44,902 bases of DNA from an uncultured Candidatus Saccharibacteria bacterium (GCA_964651655.1 CAZYVS010000005.1:1-44902); one strand, 5' to 3'; numbered from the stretch's first letter, positions 17,564-27,559 are shown. The notes: generated from the sequence alone by a model not told the origin. Made by a program: numbers and translations.

Positions 17564-17595
17564 AGGCTCGACAATGTTGTCGGCCTTTTTATTTT
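17564..17595 (+). terminator. Intrinsic terminator
   Basis: aggc(t)cgaca/tgtcg-gcct stem followed by TTTTTT. Confidence 0.8.
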
Positions 17596-17692
17596 TTAAT
17601 TGATATTCCATTTACATAATAAAAAAGCTGTAGCATATTTATTATGTATGTTAAACGCCGAGTGTTTAACAATTTTGAGTGTTTAATAATTT

Positions 17693-18898
17693 TTAGTATC
17701 CTCGGAGCCTGTTGATTTTTTCATGCTGGCGAATTTTTTCGTGCGCTTTGGCCTCTATTTGGCGAATGCGTTCGCGAGTGACGCCAAACACTCTACCGAC
17801 TTCTTCCAGCGTGTGAGTATAACCGTCCAGGAGCCCGTGGCGCATTTCCAAAATTTTTCTCTCCTTGGGAGGCAAATCGTCCAAAATTTCGCGCACCTGG
17901 TCGGACACAATGCGTCTCGAAGAATCCTGGTCCGGAGAGAGAATCTTGTCATCCGCCAGAAAATCGCCCAATTTGCTCTTGTCATCCTCGCCGTCACTGC
18001 CTACGGGGCTTTCCAGAGAAACTGTGGATTGGTCAATCTTTTCGATCTGGTAAATTTTTTCCACATCCAAATTCATCTCCAGGGCAATCTCTTCTTGCAA
18101 AGGGTCCCTGCCAAGATCTTGAGTCAAGCGTCGGACGACTTGTTTATATTTAGCGATGGTTTCCACCATATGCACCGGCACGCGAATGGTGCGCGATTGA
18201 TCAGCCAAAGCGCGAGTGATGGCTTGCCTGATCCACCAAGTGGCATAGGTGGAAAATTTGAAACCCTTGGTCCAATCAAATTTCTCCACCGCCTTGTGCA
18301 AACCTAAATTTCCTTCTTGAATTAAATCAAGCAAAGTAAGATCAGGGCTTCTATTAGCGTACTTTTTGGCAATTGAAACCACTAGACGAAGATTGGCTTT
18401 CATCAATAAACTTTTAGCATCTTCGTCTCCGTTCTCAATTCTTTTGGCAAGTTCCTTTTCCATCGAGCCGGCGATCAGCGGATATTGTCCGATTTCTCTC
18501 AAATACATTTGAATCGAATCGTAGGATGAATCGCCTCTTGAGTATGTATAATGTTTATCGGTTTCTTCTGGAGGCATTTCCAATAATCCCCCACCCTCCA
18601 AAATATCGACACCGAGGATGCGGAGTTTTTCATACAACTCATCAAGAAATATGATATTAGTTTCTATTGTCGGAAATTCTTTCAAGATTTCATCGTAAGT
18701 GACAAAACCGCGCTCTTTGCCACGCGCGATCAGGCGTTCCGTTCTAAGCGCCTCATCAATCTTCTTCTTAATCGGCGACTTGGTCTTGGCCTTCTGTTTC
18801 TTGGTTGCTTTATGAATCTTTTTTTTAGTCAGTTTTCTTCTGGACTGTTTTTTAACAGTCTTTTTGAATTTCTTGTTTTTTTGTTTGTTTTTTTTCAT
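17693..18898 (-). CDS. rpoD: RNA polymerase primary sigma factor
   Basis: Region 1.1 RGFVTYDEI, 1.2 DSIQMYLREIG, 2.x ANLRLVVSIAKKY and KFSTYATWWIRQAI, 4.2 TLEEVGRVFGVTRERIRQIE; Lys-rich N-terminal extension. Confidence 0.98.
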   Translation of the reverse strand: MKKNKQKNKKFKKTVKKQSRRKLTKKKIHKATKKQKAKTKSPIKKKIDEALRTERLIARGKERGFVTYDEILKEFPTIETNIIFLDELYEKLRILGVDILEGGGLLEMPPEETDKHYTYSRGDSSYDSIQMYLREIGQYPLIAGSMEKELAKRIENGDEDAKSLLMKANLRLVVSIAKKYANRSPDLTLLDLIQEGNLGLHKAVEKFDWTKGFKFSTYATWWIRQAITRALADQSRTIRVPVHMVETIAKYKQVVRRLTQDLGRDPLQEEIALEMNLDVEKIYQIEKIDQSTVSLESPVGSDGEDDKSKLGDFLADDKILSPDQDSSRRIVSDQVREILDDLPPKERKILEMRHGLLDGYTHTLEEVGRVFGVTRERIRQIEAKAHEKIRQHEKINRLRGY

Positions 18899-18931
18899 GG
18901 TTTGGCTTGGTCCGCCAAGAGATTTCCCATT

Positions 18932-20545
18932 CTATAATATTTTTTTCTTTTCTTCGAGCGTTCTCATTTGAGCATGCACTTCTTGAATCCTAAGGGTTAA
19001 ATCGGCAATCAAACCGCTATCCTTGGACGCTTCCGCTTGAGCCAGTCCGGATAATAATCGGCTAAGGTGATCGCGCAACAGCAGTCCGGACAAATTGTCC
19101 GCCAGTTCAAGTTCTTCTTTCTTAAGAGAAAGATTCTCTGGAGAAGATTCCGGCAATTCCTGCCGCCAGAATTTAATTTCAGCTAAACGCTCTTCGATCT
19201 GTCCTTGTTGAGAAAGAGAGGATGTCCTCGCGATGTCTGCCGTCTTTGCATCCTTAAAATCCGACCCTTGAGAAATTTTCACTTTCTTCAAATCTTCCCA
19301 GAGTATCGTTTCTTTGATGCTCGTGCGTTTGGCCAGCATCGAGATAAAGTGCGATTGTTCTATGGCGCTTTCAATGAGCTTAATCATCGGCAGAATTTTC
19401 TTCTCAACCTGCTGGCCAAGTTTTCTTGAATCTTTTTCTTTTTCTGCAATCTTGTTGAAAAAGAATTCCACGGCCGGAAGCGACTCCCGAAGAATATCCC
19501 GCCATTTTTGAGGATCTTTTTTGATTACTTCCGCCGGGTCAAGACCGGTCGGCAGATTAGCTACCTTCACTTCAAGACCTAAAGATATGCCTAAAAAACT
19601 GGCTTTTTCTGCCGCTTTTTCTCCCGCAGGGTCCCCGTCAAAGGCGATAATAATCCTGGGAGACAGGCGCTTGAGACGCTCTAGATGCATACGAGTAAAG
19701 GTCGTGCCCGAAGAAGCCACGGTGTTTTTGATACCCGATTGATGAGATAGCGTTAAATCTATCTGCCCTTCCACGAGAACGGTGTAGTTCTTTCTGCGAA
19801 TCTGGTCTTTGGCCTTATCTAAACCATGCAACACTTCGCCTTTGGTAAAAAGTATGGTATCCGGACTGTTTAAATATTTCGGTTCTGTCTCTTGGGCCAA
19901 GGCTCGACCAGAAAAAGCGATAATTGAGCCGTTAGAATCGGCAAGCGGAAACATAATTCTATCCCGAAAAACGTCATATGGTTCTTTACTCTTGATTTCA
20001 TCGCCAGATTTTTTTATCAAGCCGGCTCTGGCAAGAAGCGTATCATCGTATCCTAGACCTTTCAGATACTCAATAAGAGCCCGCCATTCTGCCGGCGCGT
20101 AACCGATGCGCCAATCTTTGATTGTTTCGGCGCTTAGACCCCTTGAAGTTATGTAACTGCGCGCCGATTGATTGCCGGCTAATTCCTTTTCAAAGAACTC
20201 GGCGGCTTCCTCGAGAACATTCAAAAGTTTATCTTTTTCGGTTCTTGATTCGTCACGGCCATGATATTTGATTTCCACACCCGCTTTTTCAGCCAGCAGC
20301 TTGAGAGCTCCGCGGAAATCCAGACCTTCTATTTCTTCCACAAAAGTAAAAATGTCTCCTTTGGCGCCGCAACCGAAACAACAAAAACTTTGACGCACTG
20401 GCGACACAAAAAAAGACGGGGTTTTTTCATTATGAAAGGGACAACGCGCCTTGAAACTTATTCCCGCCTTTTCCAGTTTGAGATAACCGGAGACTATCTC
20501 CACTATATCTAAGCGCTCTTTGATTGTGTCAACATCGCCTCGCAT
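18932..20545 (-). CDS. dnaG: DNA primase
   Basis: CPFHNEKTPSF/CFGC zinc finger, KYLNSP, TOPRIM VEGQID and FDGD. Confidence 0.97.
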   Translation of the reverse strand: MRGDVDTIKERLDIVEIVSGYLKLEKAGISFKARCPFHNEKTPSFFVSPVRQSFCCFGCGAKGDIFTFVEEIEGLDFRGALKLLAEKAGVEIKYHGRDESRTEKDKLLNVLEEAAEFFEKELAGNQSARSYITSRGLSAETIKDWRIGYAPAEWRALIEYLKGLGYDDTLLARAGLIKKSGDEIKSKEPYDVFRDRIMFPLADSNGSIIAFSGRALAQETEPKYLNSPDTILFTKGEVLHGLDKAKDQIRRKNYTVLVEGQIDLTLSHQSGIKNTVASSGTTFTRMHLERLKRLSPRIIIAFDGDPAGEKAAEKASFLGISLGLEVKVANLPTGLDPAEVIKKDPQKWRDILRESLPAVEFFFNKIAEKEKDSRKLGQQVEKKILPMIKLIESAIEQSHFISMLAKRTSIKETILWEDLKKVKISQGSDFKDAKTADIARTSSLSQQGQIEERLAEIKFWRQELPESSPENLSLKKEELELADNLSGLLLRDHLSRLLSGLAQAEASKDSGLIADLTLRIQEVHAQMRTLEEKKKIL

Positions 20546-23500
20546 AGTAATTGTTCTTTATGACCGCCCTTGAAACTGGTGCCGGCTGGGATAAGACGAC
20601 CGATAATAACATTCTCCTTTAAACCGACCAAATTATCTTCAACTCCGCGAATAGCGGCCTGAATCAGCACTCGAGGCGTATGCTGAAACGAAGCGGCAGA
20701 CAAGAAACTTGAACGAGAAAGAGAGACTTCCGTAATGCCCATAATGACAGCATCGGCCGTAGCTTCCTCCAATCCTTTCTCTTTCATTAAATTATTGATT
20801 TTGACAAGTTCAGAAACTTCAACAATATCCCCGCGAGTCAAACCAGTGTTTCCCGGATTTTTAATCTTGCGACGAGCAAACATCTGGCGCACGATTAATT
20901 CAATATGTTTGTGAGAAACCGCAGCGCCTTGCAGTTCATAGAGTTTAGACACTTCATGAATAATATAATTTTCTGTCTTTTCCCGACCGGCATAACGAAA
21001 AAGCTCATCTAAATCCACCGAACCATCGGTCATAATATCGCCTTTTTTAACGTCTTGGCCGACCTTAACCAAAAGGTATCTGGAGGCTTGAACGGTATAT
21101 TCATTATCAAGCTTCTTTACCCCAACTTGTCCCGAACTTTGTCGAGGAGGCTTCGCCGAAGAATTTTTCTTGGTCTCTCCGATATCGGGAGTCACGACTA
21201 TCAATCTGTCATGACCAAGCACCTTGATCTCGGTAACCGTGCCGTCAAGATGGCTGATAACCGCCGAGATCTTGGGTTTGCGTTTCTCGAATATTTCTTC
21301 GACACGCGGCAGACCGGCCGTGATATCACCGCCGGTTGAGGCGATGCCGCCGGAGTGGAAAGTGCGCATGGTCAGCTGTGTTCCCGGTTCGCCAATAGCT
21401 TGGGCGGCAACCGTACCAACCGCTTCGCCCAATTCAATCGGTTTGTTATTCCCCAGATCCACGCCATAGCACTTGATACAGACGCCGTGAGTAGATTTGC
21501 AGGCCAGAGGCGAACGGACATTCACAGATTCAACGGAGGATTTATCGACCACTTCCGCATCCGCCTTGGTAAACAGATGCCCGCGTTTAAACAGCACCGC
21601 GCCGGCGCCGTCAAGCAAATCAACGGCCAGAAACCGACCTTTAATATTTTTGGACAACAACATTTCAATGCCGGAAGCAGTTTTTTTGTGAATAGTGATT
21701 CCCTCCTTTGCGCCGCAATCTTCTTCGGTTATAATCTCGTCTTGTGCCACATCAAAAAGTCGTCTGGTCAGATAACCGGCCTTGGCGGTGTTAAGCGCTG
21801 TATCGGTCAAACCTTTGCGACTGCCGTGAGTGGTGATGAAATATTCTAGCGGAGTCAGCCCTTCTTTGTAACACGACAAAATAGGAAATTCCAGAGATTC
21901 ACCGGAAACATTGGCAATAATACCTTTCATGCCGGCCATTTGAGTGAGATTGCCGAGAGAACCTCTGGCTTCCGAATAAGTCATATCATAGACAGAATCA
22001 TTGATATTAAGAGTGTCGGGAATGAGTTTTTCAACTTCCGATTTTATTCCTTGCCAAATTTCCACCGATTTGACAATACGCTCGCGTTCAGACAGCAAAC
22101 CTTCCCGATATTGGCCCACGACCTCATTAACCGCCGCGCGGCCCTTATCAATAATAGCTTTTTTACCCAACGGAATATTGACGTCATCAAGTCCCCAAGT
22201 CACCCCGGAAGTGGTGGCGTAACGGAAACCAAAATTTTTAATTTTATCCATAATCGGCGGGATATTTTCAATGCCGTAGCGATCTATCAAATCGTCAACG
22301 AGTTCGGACATTTTTTTTCTGCTCATTTCATGATTAAGAAACGGATAGTTTGACGGTAAAACACCGTTAAAGAGGAGCCGGCCGACGGAAGTCTCAAATC
22401 TTTTTCCTTCAAAATGTTTGTACCGCTCGGTATTAGTCGGCAAGACGAAAATTTTGGCGCGCAGGCCGACGACGCCAAAGTCATAGGCGGTGACGGCGCT
22501 GTTTGGATTTGAATAGTATCTCCCCTCGCCCTTTTCGCCCGGCACAGTACGCGTCATCCAAAAAGTGCCAAGCACAATGTCAAGCAATTTGGCGGATACC
22601 ACCGGTTCGCCATTGCCCGGCTTCAAGATATTTTTATCCGCCGCCATCACCAAACGCGCCTCGGCTTGAGCTTCATCGGAGAGGGGCACATGAACGGCCA
22701 TTTGATCGCCGTCAAAATCGGCATTGAAAGCGGTACAGACCAGTGGATGAAGCTGAATGGCGTTGCCTTCGATAAGCACCGGCTGAAAAGCTTGAATACC
22801 CAAACGATGCAGTGTCGGCGCGCGATTCAAGAGCACATATTTACCATGAATAATTTCCTCAAGAATTGCCCAAACTTCCGGAATGGCATCTTCAATAAGA
22901 CGGCGGGCACCCGGAATATTATAGGCCAGTTCGCGTTTGAGCAGTTCAGAAACAATAAACGGTTTAAAAAGTTCCAGGGCCATATGTTTGGGCAGACCGC
23001 ACTGATGGAGCCTCAATTCCGGACCAACGACGATTACCGATCGGCCGGAATAATCCACGCGTTTGCCCAAAAGATTCTGCCTGAAAAGGCCTCTTTTACC
23101 CTTCAGATTATCAGACAATGATTTAAGTGGCCGACGTTGAGATTGACTGCCGGAAATACTTGAGTGTCTGATGGTGTTGTCTATCAGGGCGTCAACCGCT
23201 TCCTGAAGAATCCTTTTTTCATTGCGTAAGATAACATCCGGAGCATTTATCTCTTTGAGTTTCTTGAGACGATTATTACGATTAATCACCCGACGATAAA
23301 GGTCATTGACATCGGAAGTGGCGTAACGTCCTCCGTCCAAAGGCACCATCGGTCTAATCGCCGGCGGGATAACGGGAACGCGCACCAGAAACATCCACTC
23401 CGGCCTATTGCCGGAATTAATCATCCATTGAATAGTGCTGATGCGTTTGTTTAATCTCGGAATTTCAGTCGAGGACGAATGCTCAAGCCCCGTTTCCAGT

Positions 23501-24216
23501 TCTTTCAAGAGTTTTTCAAGATCAAGGTTTTTCAAAATATTATAAATCGCTTCCGCGCCAATCCCGGCTTCAAAAATGGTCGGATACTTCACACTTGAAC
23601 GATGATATTCGACTTCGTTCAGCACCCGGCCGGGCACAAGAGTCTCAATATCACGTTTGGTGGCCAGAGCCAATTCTTTGAGAGCCAGTTTGCTTTTGTC
23701 ATCTTGGAGAGTCTTTACTTTCGCCTTAAATTCGGATTCCAAATCTTTAAGAACTCGGGTCCTTTCCGTCTCCGAGACGCTGGTCACAATATAGCCCGCA
23801 AAATAAACGACTTTTTCAAGGTCCGACACGGGAATACCCATAACCAGAGCGATCCGCGAAGGAACATTTTTAAGAAACCAAATATGAGCCACGGGCGTGG
23901 CAAGTTCTATATGACCCATCCGATCGCGTCGCACTATGGAACGAGTAATTTCAACGCCACACTTCTCGCAAATAATGCCCTTGTACCGGATGCCGCGATA
24001 TTTGCCGCAATAACATTCAAAATCTTTGTCAGGCCCAAAAATTTTTTCATCAAAAAGACCGTTGCGTTCGCTCCTCTGCGTACGATAGTTGATAGTCTCC
24101 GGCTTGGTCACCTCGCCGTAAGACCATTCCTTAATACGATCAGGGGAAGCCAGTTTAATACTTATAGCATCAAACTCTTTAGCGACAGCGGCTCTGGTTT
24201 TGTAGTTTTGCATCAT
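20509..24216 (-). CDS. rpoC: RNA polymerase beta-prime subunit
   Basis: NADFDGD catalytic motif, zinc ribbon CYCGK, QLTMRTFH, GRLIPAGT. Confidence 0.99.
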   Translation of the reverse strand: MMQNYKTRAAVAKEFDAISIKLASPDRIKEWSYGEVTKPETINYRTQRSERNGLFDEKIFGPDKDFECYCGKYRGIRYKGIICEKCGVEITRSIVRRDRMGHIELATPVAHIWFLKNVPSRIALVMGIPVSDLEKVVYFAGYIVTSVSETERTRVLKDLESEFKAKVKTLQDDKSKLALKELALATKRDIETLVPGRVLNEVEYHRSSVKYPTIFEAGIGAEAIYNILKNLDLEKLLKELETGLEHSSSTEIPRLNKRISTIQWMINSGNRPEWMFLVRVPVIPPAIRPMVPLDGGRYATSDVNDLYRRVINRNNRLKKLKEINAPDVILRNEKRILQEAVDALIDNTIRHSSISGSQSQRRPLKSLSDNLKGKRGLFRQNLLGKRVDYSGRSVIVVGPELRLHQCGLPKHMALELFKPFIVSELLKRELAYNIPGARRLIEDAIPEVWAILEEIIHGKYVLLNRAPTLHRLGIQAFQPVLIEGNAIQLHPLVCTAFNADFDGDQMAVHVPLSDEAQAEARLVMAADKNILKPGNGEPVVSAKLLDIVLGTFWMTRTVPGEKGEGRYYSNPNSAVTAYDFGVVGLRAKIFVLPTNTERYKHFEGKRFETSVGRLLFNGVLPSNYPFLNHEMSRKKMSELVDDLIDRYGIENIPPIMDKIKNFGFRYATTSGVTWGLDDVNIPLGKKAIIDKGRAAVNEVVGQYREGLLSERERIVKSVEIWQGIKSEVEKLIPDTLNINDSVYDMTYSEARGSLGNLTQMAGMKGIIANVSGESLEFPILSCYKEGLTPLEYFITTHGSRKGLTDTALNTAKAGYLTRRLFDVAQDEIITEEDCGAKEGITIHKKTASGIEMLLSKNIKGRFLAVDLLDGAGAVLFKRGHLFTKADAEVVDKSSVESVNVRSPLACKSTHGVCIKCYGVDLGNNKPIELGEAVGTVAAQAIGEPGTQLTMRTFHSGGIASTGGDITAGLPRVEEIFEKRKPKISAVISHLDGTVTEIKVLGHDRLIVVTPDIGETKKNSSAKPPRQSSGQVGVKKLDNEYTVQASRYLLVKVGQDVKKGDIMTDGSVDLDELFRYAGREKTENYIIHEVSKLYELQGAAVSHKHIELIVRQMFARRKIKNPGNTGLTRGDIVEVSELVKINNLMKEKGLEEATADAVIMGITEVSLSRSSFLSAASFQHTPRVLIQAAIRGVEDNLVGLKENVIIGRLIPAGTSFKGGHKEQLLCEAMLTQSKSA
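21126..21161. repeat. Composite in-frame palindromic element (family A plus cttcgccgaag) in rpoC
   Basis: cttgtcccgaactttgtcgagg next to ggcttcgccgaag; encodes SSAKPPRQSSGQ in a variable loop. Confidence 0.65.
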
Positions 24217-27200
24217 TTTCTGGGATTATTTGGTTTCTCTATTAATTCCACATCAAGAGCAAGACCGCGCAAGTTATTCATCAGCACATTAAAAGAGGCC
24301 GGCAAGTGCGGCTCTGGAATTTTCTCTCCCTTGACAATGGCGTCAAAAGCGGCGGAACGGCCGATAATATCGTCCGACTTTATCGTCAACATTTCGCGCA
24401 AAGTGTAACTTGCCCCGTGTCCAAGAAGCGCCCAAACTTCCATTTCTCCAAAACGCTGACCGCCGTTCTGGGCCTTGCCGCCGAGAGGCTGTTGAGTGAT
24501 GAGAGAATATGGGCCGATAGAACGCATATGTATTTTGTCTTCAACCATATGATGAAGTTTGAGAACATACATATAACCGATGGCAATTTCTTGATTGAAG
24601 GGTTCGCCGGTGCGACCGTCAAAAAGTTTAACCTTGCCGGATTCTTTAAATTCCGCTTTGACAAGTTCTGATTTGATTTCATCCTCGGTCGCACCGGCGA
24701 ACGGAGGTACGATGGCTTGATAATTGAGAGTGTGCGCCGCCAGACCTAAATGCATTTCCAAAATCTGGCCGAGATTCATGCGAGAAGGCACGCCAAGAGG
24801 AGTGAGAATGACATCAATGGGGGTGCCATTGGCCATATAGGGCATATCTTCAACCGGCAGAATTCTAGAGATAACGCCTTTGTTGCCATGTCGACCGGCC
24901 AATTTATCACCCACTGACACATTTCTCAATTGAGCCACTTGGATGTGGATTCTCTTTAAAATTCCGGAATCCAGTTTGTCGCCCTTTTCTCTCGAGAAAA
25001 TCTGCACCGAGATAACACGACCGCGCTTGCCTCCTTCCATGCGTTTGGAAGTATCTTTAACATCACGAGCTTTCTCGCCAAACAGTGATCGGAGCAAACG
25101 CTCTTCCGGCGTCAGCTGTGATTCGCCCTTAGGAGTGATCTTACCAACTAAAATATCGCCCGAACGCACTTCCGCACCGACTCTGATAATGCCATCCTCG
25201 GCCAAATTTTTGAGTTTGGATTCTCCAACATTCGGAATATCACAAGTAGTCATCTCCGGACCGAGTTTAGTATCGCGGACAGTCACCTCGAATTCCTCAA
25301 TATGAATTGAGGTAAATTTACTTTTCTCCACCAAACGTTCAGAGATGATAATGGCATCTTCGTAATTGGCCCCGGACCAAGACATAAACGCCACCAAAAC
25401 GTTCTGGCCAATGGACATCTGGCCGCCGGACGAAGAAGAGCAATCGGCTAGAACCGCGCCCTTTTTCACTTTTTGCCCCAGCTCAACAGACGGTCTTTGG
25501 TGAAAAGTGGTAAAACCGTTAGTCATGGCAAAATTCACCAAAGGAAACTTGTGATAATCGCCCTTGTTATCTTTTACTTCAATCAATTTGCCGTCAACGT
25601 AAGACACCGCTCCATCCACATTTGAGAAAATAATCCGGCCAGTATCGCGGATGGCCACTTCTTCGATACCGGTGGCTACCAATGGCACTTCCGGCACGAT
25701 GCACGGGGTGGCTTGCTTTTGCATGTTGGAACCCATGAGTGCTCGATTGGCATCATCGTGATTGAGAAACGGAATCATTGAAGTGGCTATAGAGAAGGCC
25801 TGATTGGTCGCCACGTCCATAAAGTTGACTTCATCTTTGGGTAATGTTTGCGGCGCGCCCTTCACGCGCACCTCTACCATTTCGGGCACAATCTTATTTT
25901 CTTCGACCGGAGTGGCGGCATGAGCGATAGTTGAATTTTCTTCTTCTAACGCGTTGAGGTATTTGACTTCACCGGTTAGTTGACCGTTTAAAACGACGGC
26001 ATACGGAGTCTCAATCATGCCAAATTCATTAATACGGGCGTAAGCGGACAAGCGCAGAATCAGACCGATATTTGGACCTTCCGGAGTTTGAATAGGACAA
26101 AGACGACCATAATGCGAAGGATGAACATCGCGCACCTCATAACCGGCACGGGAACGGGTCAGACCGCCCGGACCGAGAGCGGAAACCGTGCGGAGATGCT
26201 CAAGTTCTTCCAAAGCATTGGTTTGTTGCATAAATTGCGAGAGTTGATTGGTGGTAAAAAACTCTTTCATTCTGGCTTGTAGCGGTTTGGGAGAAATAAA
26301 TTGCACCGGCAAGGTAACACCGGTATCGATAGTAGACATCCTGTTCTGGATGTTTCTCTTGATTTGAGCCATGCCGACACGAATCTTCTGTTGGAAAAGC
26401 TCCCCAACCAAACGCACCCTTCGAGAACCCAAATGGTCAATGTCGTCCTCCATGGCATTAGGCGTAATATTGAGGTGAATGACGCGAGCAATAATGATGA
26501 CTAAATCGGAAAGTGAAAGAGTGCGGCGTTCTATTTCTTTGGCAGTCTCTTTTATATTAAAGCGATTATTAAATCTGAAACGCCCCACGCGGGAAAGATC
26601 GTAACGCTCTTTGTCAAAGATGGAACGAACAAATTCACGGGCATTCTCCGCCGCCGCCAAATCGCCGTCCCGCAGACGTTTATGGATTTCTATAGAGGCT
26701 TCATCGAGAGTGGTAGTGTGATCTTTAGCGAGAGTCTTTTCGATATAATGCTTGGCGCCAGGCATGTCTTTGAAAAGAGCGAGAATCTTATTGTTTGAAA
26801 CCACGCCGCCCGCTTCAGTGGGCAGAAAGACGCGCAAAAGAGTGGTGATGGGAAACTTTCTCTTACGATCAATGCGCACATATAGCGTGCCGTCCAGATC
26901 GGTTTCAATCTCAATCCAGGCCCCGCGACCGGGAATAATTTTAGCGCCGAAAGTTTTTTTACCCTTCAATTCTTGGGCGGTAAACGCCACTCCGGTTGAA
27001 CGAGCCAGCTGCGGCACCACCACGCGCTCGATACCAGAAATAATAAAAGTGCCGTGAGAAGTCATGAGAGGAAAATCCGCCATGAAAATTTCTTGTTCCT
27101 TTTCCGTATTAAGAATTAGGTTTTTCAATCTGATTCGCACTTTAAGCGGCGCTTCATAAGATAATTTCCTATTTTTAGCCGTATACTCGTCAAATTTTGG

Positions 27201-27413
27201 TTCCGCCAATTCAAAACTGACGAAATCAAGCTGAAACTTTTTTGCCGAAAAATCTTTAATGGACGAAAATTCTTCAAAGACCTCCTTGAGGCCCTTTTCA
27301 ATAAGCCATTTGAATGACTCCACTTGCGATACTACCAGATTTGGTATGACAGTTAAGGGCTTTTTAAATCGGCCGAAATATTTCTTTTCTCTTGAGGAGT
27401 TGGTTTGTATCAT
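24213..27413 (-). CDS. rpoB: RNA polymerase beta subunit
   Basis: SALGPGG, GRLCPIQTPEG, GDKLAGRHGNKG, GQRFGEMEVWAL; ATG 27413 preferred over TTG 27431; 4-nt overlap with rpoC. Confidence 0.99.
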   Translation of the reverse strand: MIQTNSSREKKYFGRFKKPLTVIPNLVVSQVESFKWLIEKGLKEVFEEFSSIKDFSAKKFQLDFVSFELAEPKFDEYTAKNRKLSYEAPLKVRIRLKNLILNTEKEQEIFMADFPLMTSHGTFIISGIERVVVPQLARSTGVAFTAQELKGKKTFGAKIIPGRGAWIEIETDLDGTLYVRIDRKRKFPITTLLRVFLPTEAGGVVSNNKILALFKDMPGAKHYIEKTLAKDHTTTLDEASIEIHKRLRDGDLAAAENAREFVRSIFDKERYDLSRVGRFRFNNRFNIKETAKEIERRTLSLSDLVIIIARVIHLNITPNAMEDDIDHLGSRRVRLVGELFQQKIRVGMAQIKRNIQNRMSTIDTGVTLPVQFISPKPLQARMKEFFTTNQLSQFMQQTNALEELEHLRTVSALGPGGLTRSRAGYEVRDVHPSHYGRLCPIQTPEGPNIGLILRLSAYARINEFGMIETPYAVVLNGQLTGEVKYLNALEEENSTIAHAATPVEENKIVPEMVEVRVKGAPQTLPKDEVNFMDVATNQAFSIATSMIPFLNHDDANRALMGSNMQKQATPCIVPEVPLVATGIEEVAIRDTGRIIFSNVDGAVSYVDGKLIEVKDNKGDYHKFPLVNFAMTNGFTTFHQRPSVELGQKVKKGAVLADCSSSSGGQMSIGQNVLVAFMSWSGANYEDAIIISERLVEKSKFTSIHIEEFEVTVRDTKLGPEMTTCDIPNVGESKLKNLAEDGIIRVGAEVRSGDILVGKITPKGESQLTPEERLLRSLFGEKARDVKDTSKRMEGGKRGRVISVQIFSREKGDKLDSGILKRIHIQVAQLRNVSVGDKLAGRHGNKGVISRILPVEDMPYMANGTPIDVILTPLGVPSRMNLGQILEMHLGLAAHTLNYQAIVPPFAGATEDEIKSELVKAEFKESGKVKLFDGRTGEPFNQEIAIGYMYVLKLHHMVEDKIHMRSIGPYSLITQQPLGGKAQNGGQRFGEMEVWALLGHGASYTLREMLTIKSDDIIGRSAAFDAIVKGEKIPEPHLPASFNVLMNNLRGLALDVELIEKPNNPRK
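26806..26825. repeat. Possible in-frame palindromic element (family C-like) in rpoB
   Basis: ccgccc-gcttcagt-gggcag hairpin encoding LPTEAGG at a position that is normally a short loop. Confidence 0.45.
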
Positions 27414-27517
27414 AAAGCAAAAAAAATCCAAAGCGCGCCCGTCTTGGCGTGTTTTCTAAAAAAATTATTAATTTATCTAAACCCTCACTTATCTACCGTA
27501 ACTCAATCGTTCTCGCT

Positions 27518-27545
27518 ATCCTATCAGAGCCCTATTTCTTGTCAA
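27518..27545 (-). promoter_or_regulatory. rpoB promoter
   Basis: Minus strand TTGACA-16 nt-TAGGAT with extended -10 TG. Confidence 0.7.
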
Positions 27546-27559
27546 GACCCTGTATCCGT

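Noticed and set aside
19250-19272. aaggGtcggattt in dnaG resembling the family B palindrome
   Set aside because: Too degenerate to separate from chance.
17723-26914. Long antisense ORFs over rpoD, dnaG, rpoC and rpoB (for example 23602-24408)
   Set aside because: Typical codon-bias shadows of conserved genes.
20509-27413. Inteins or introns in rpoB, rpoC or dnaG
   Set aside because: Protein lengths are compact and no intein splice motifs or LAGLIDADG blocks are present.
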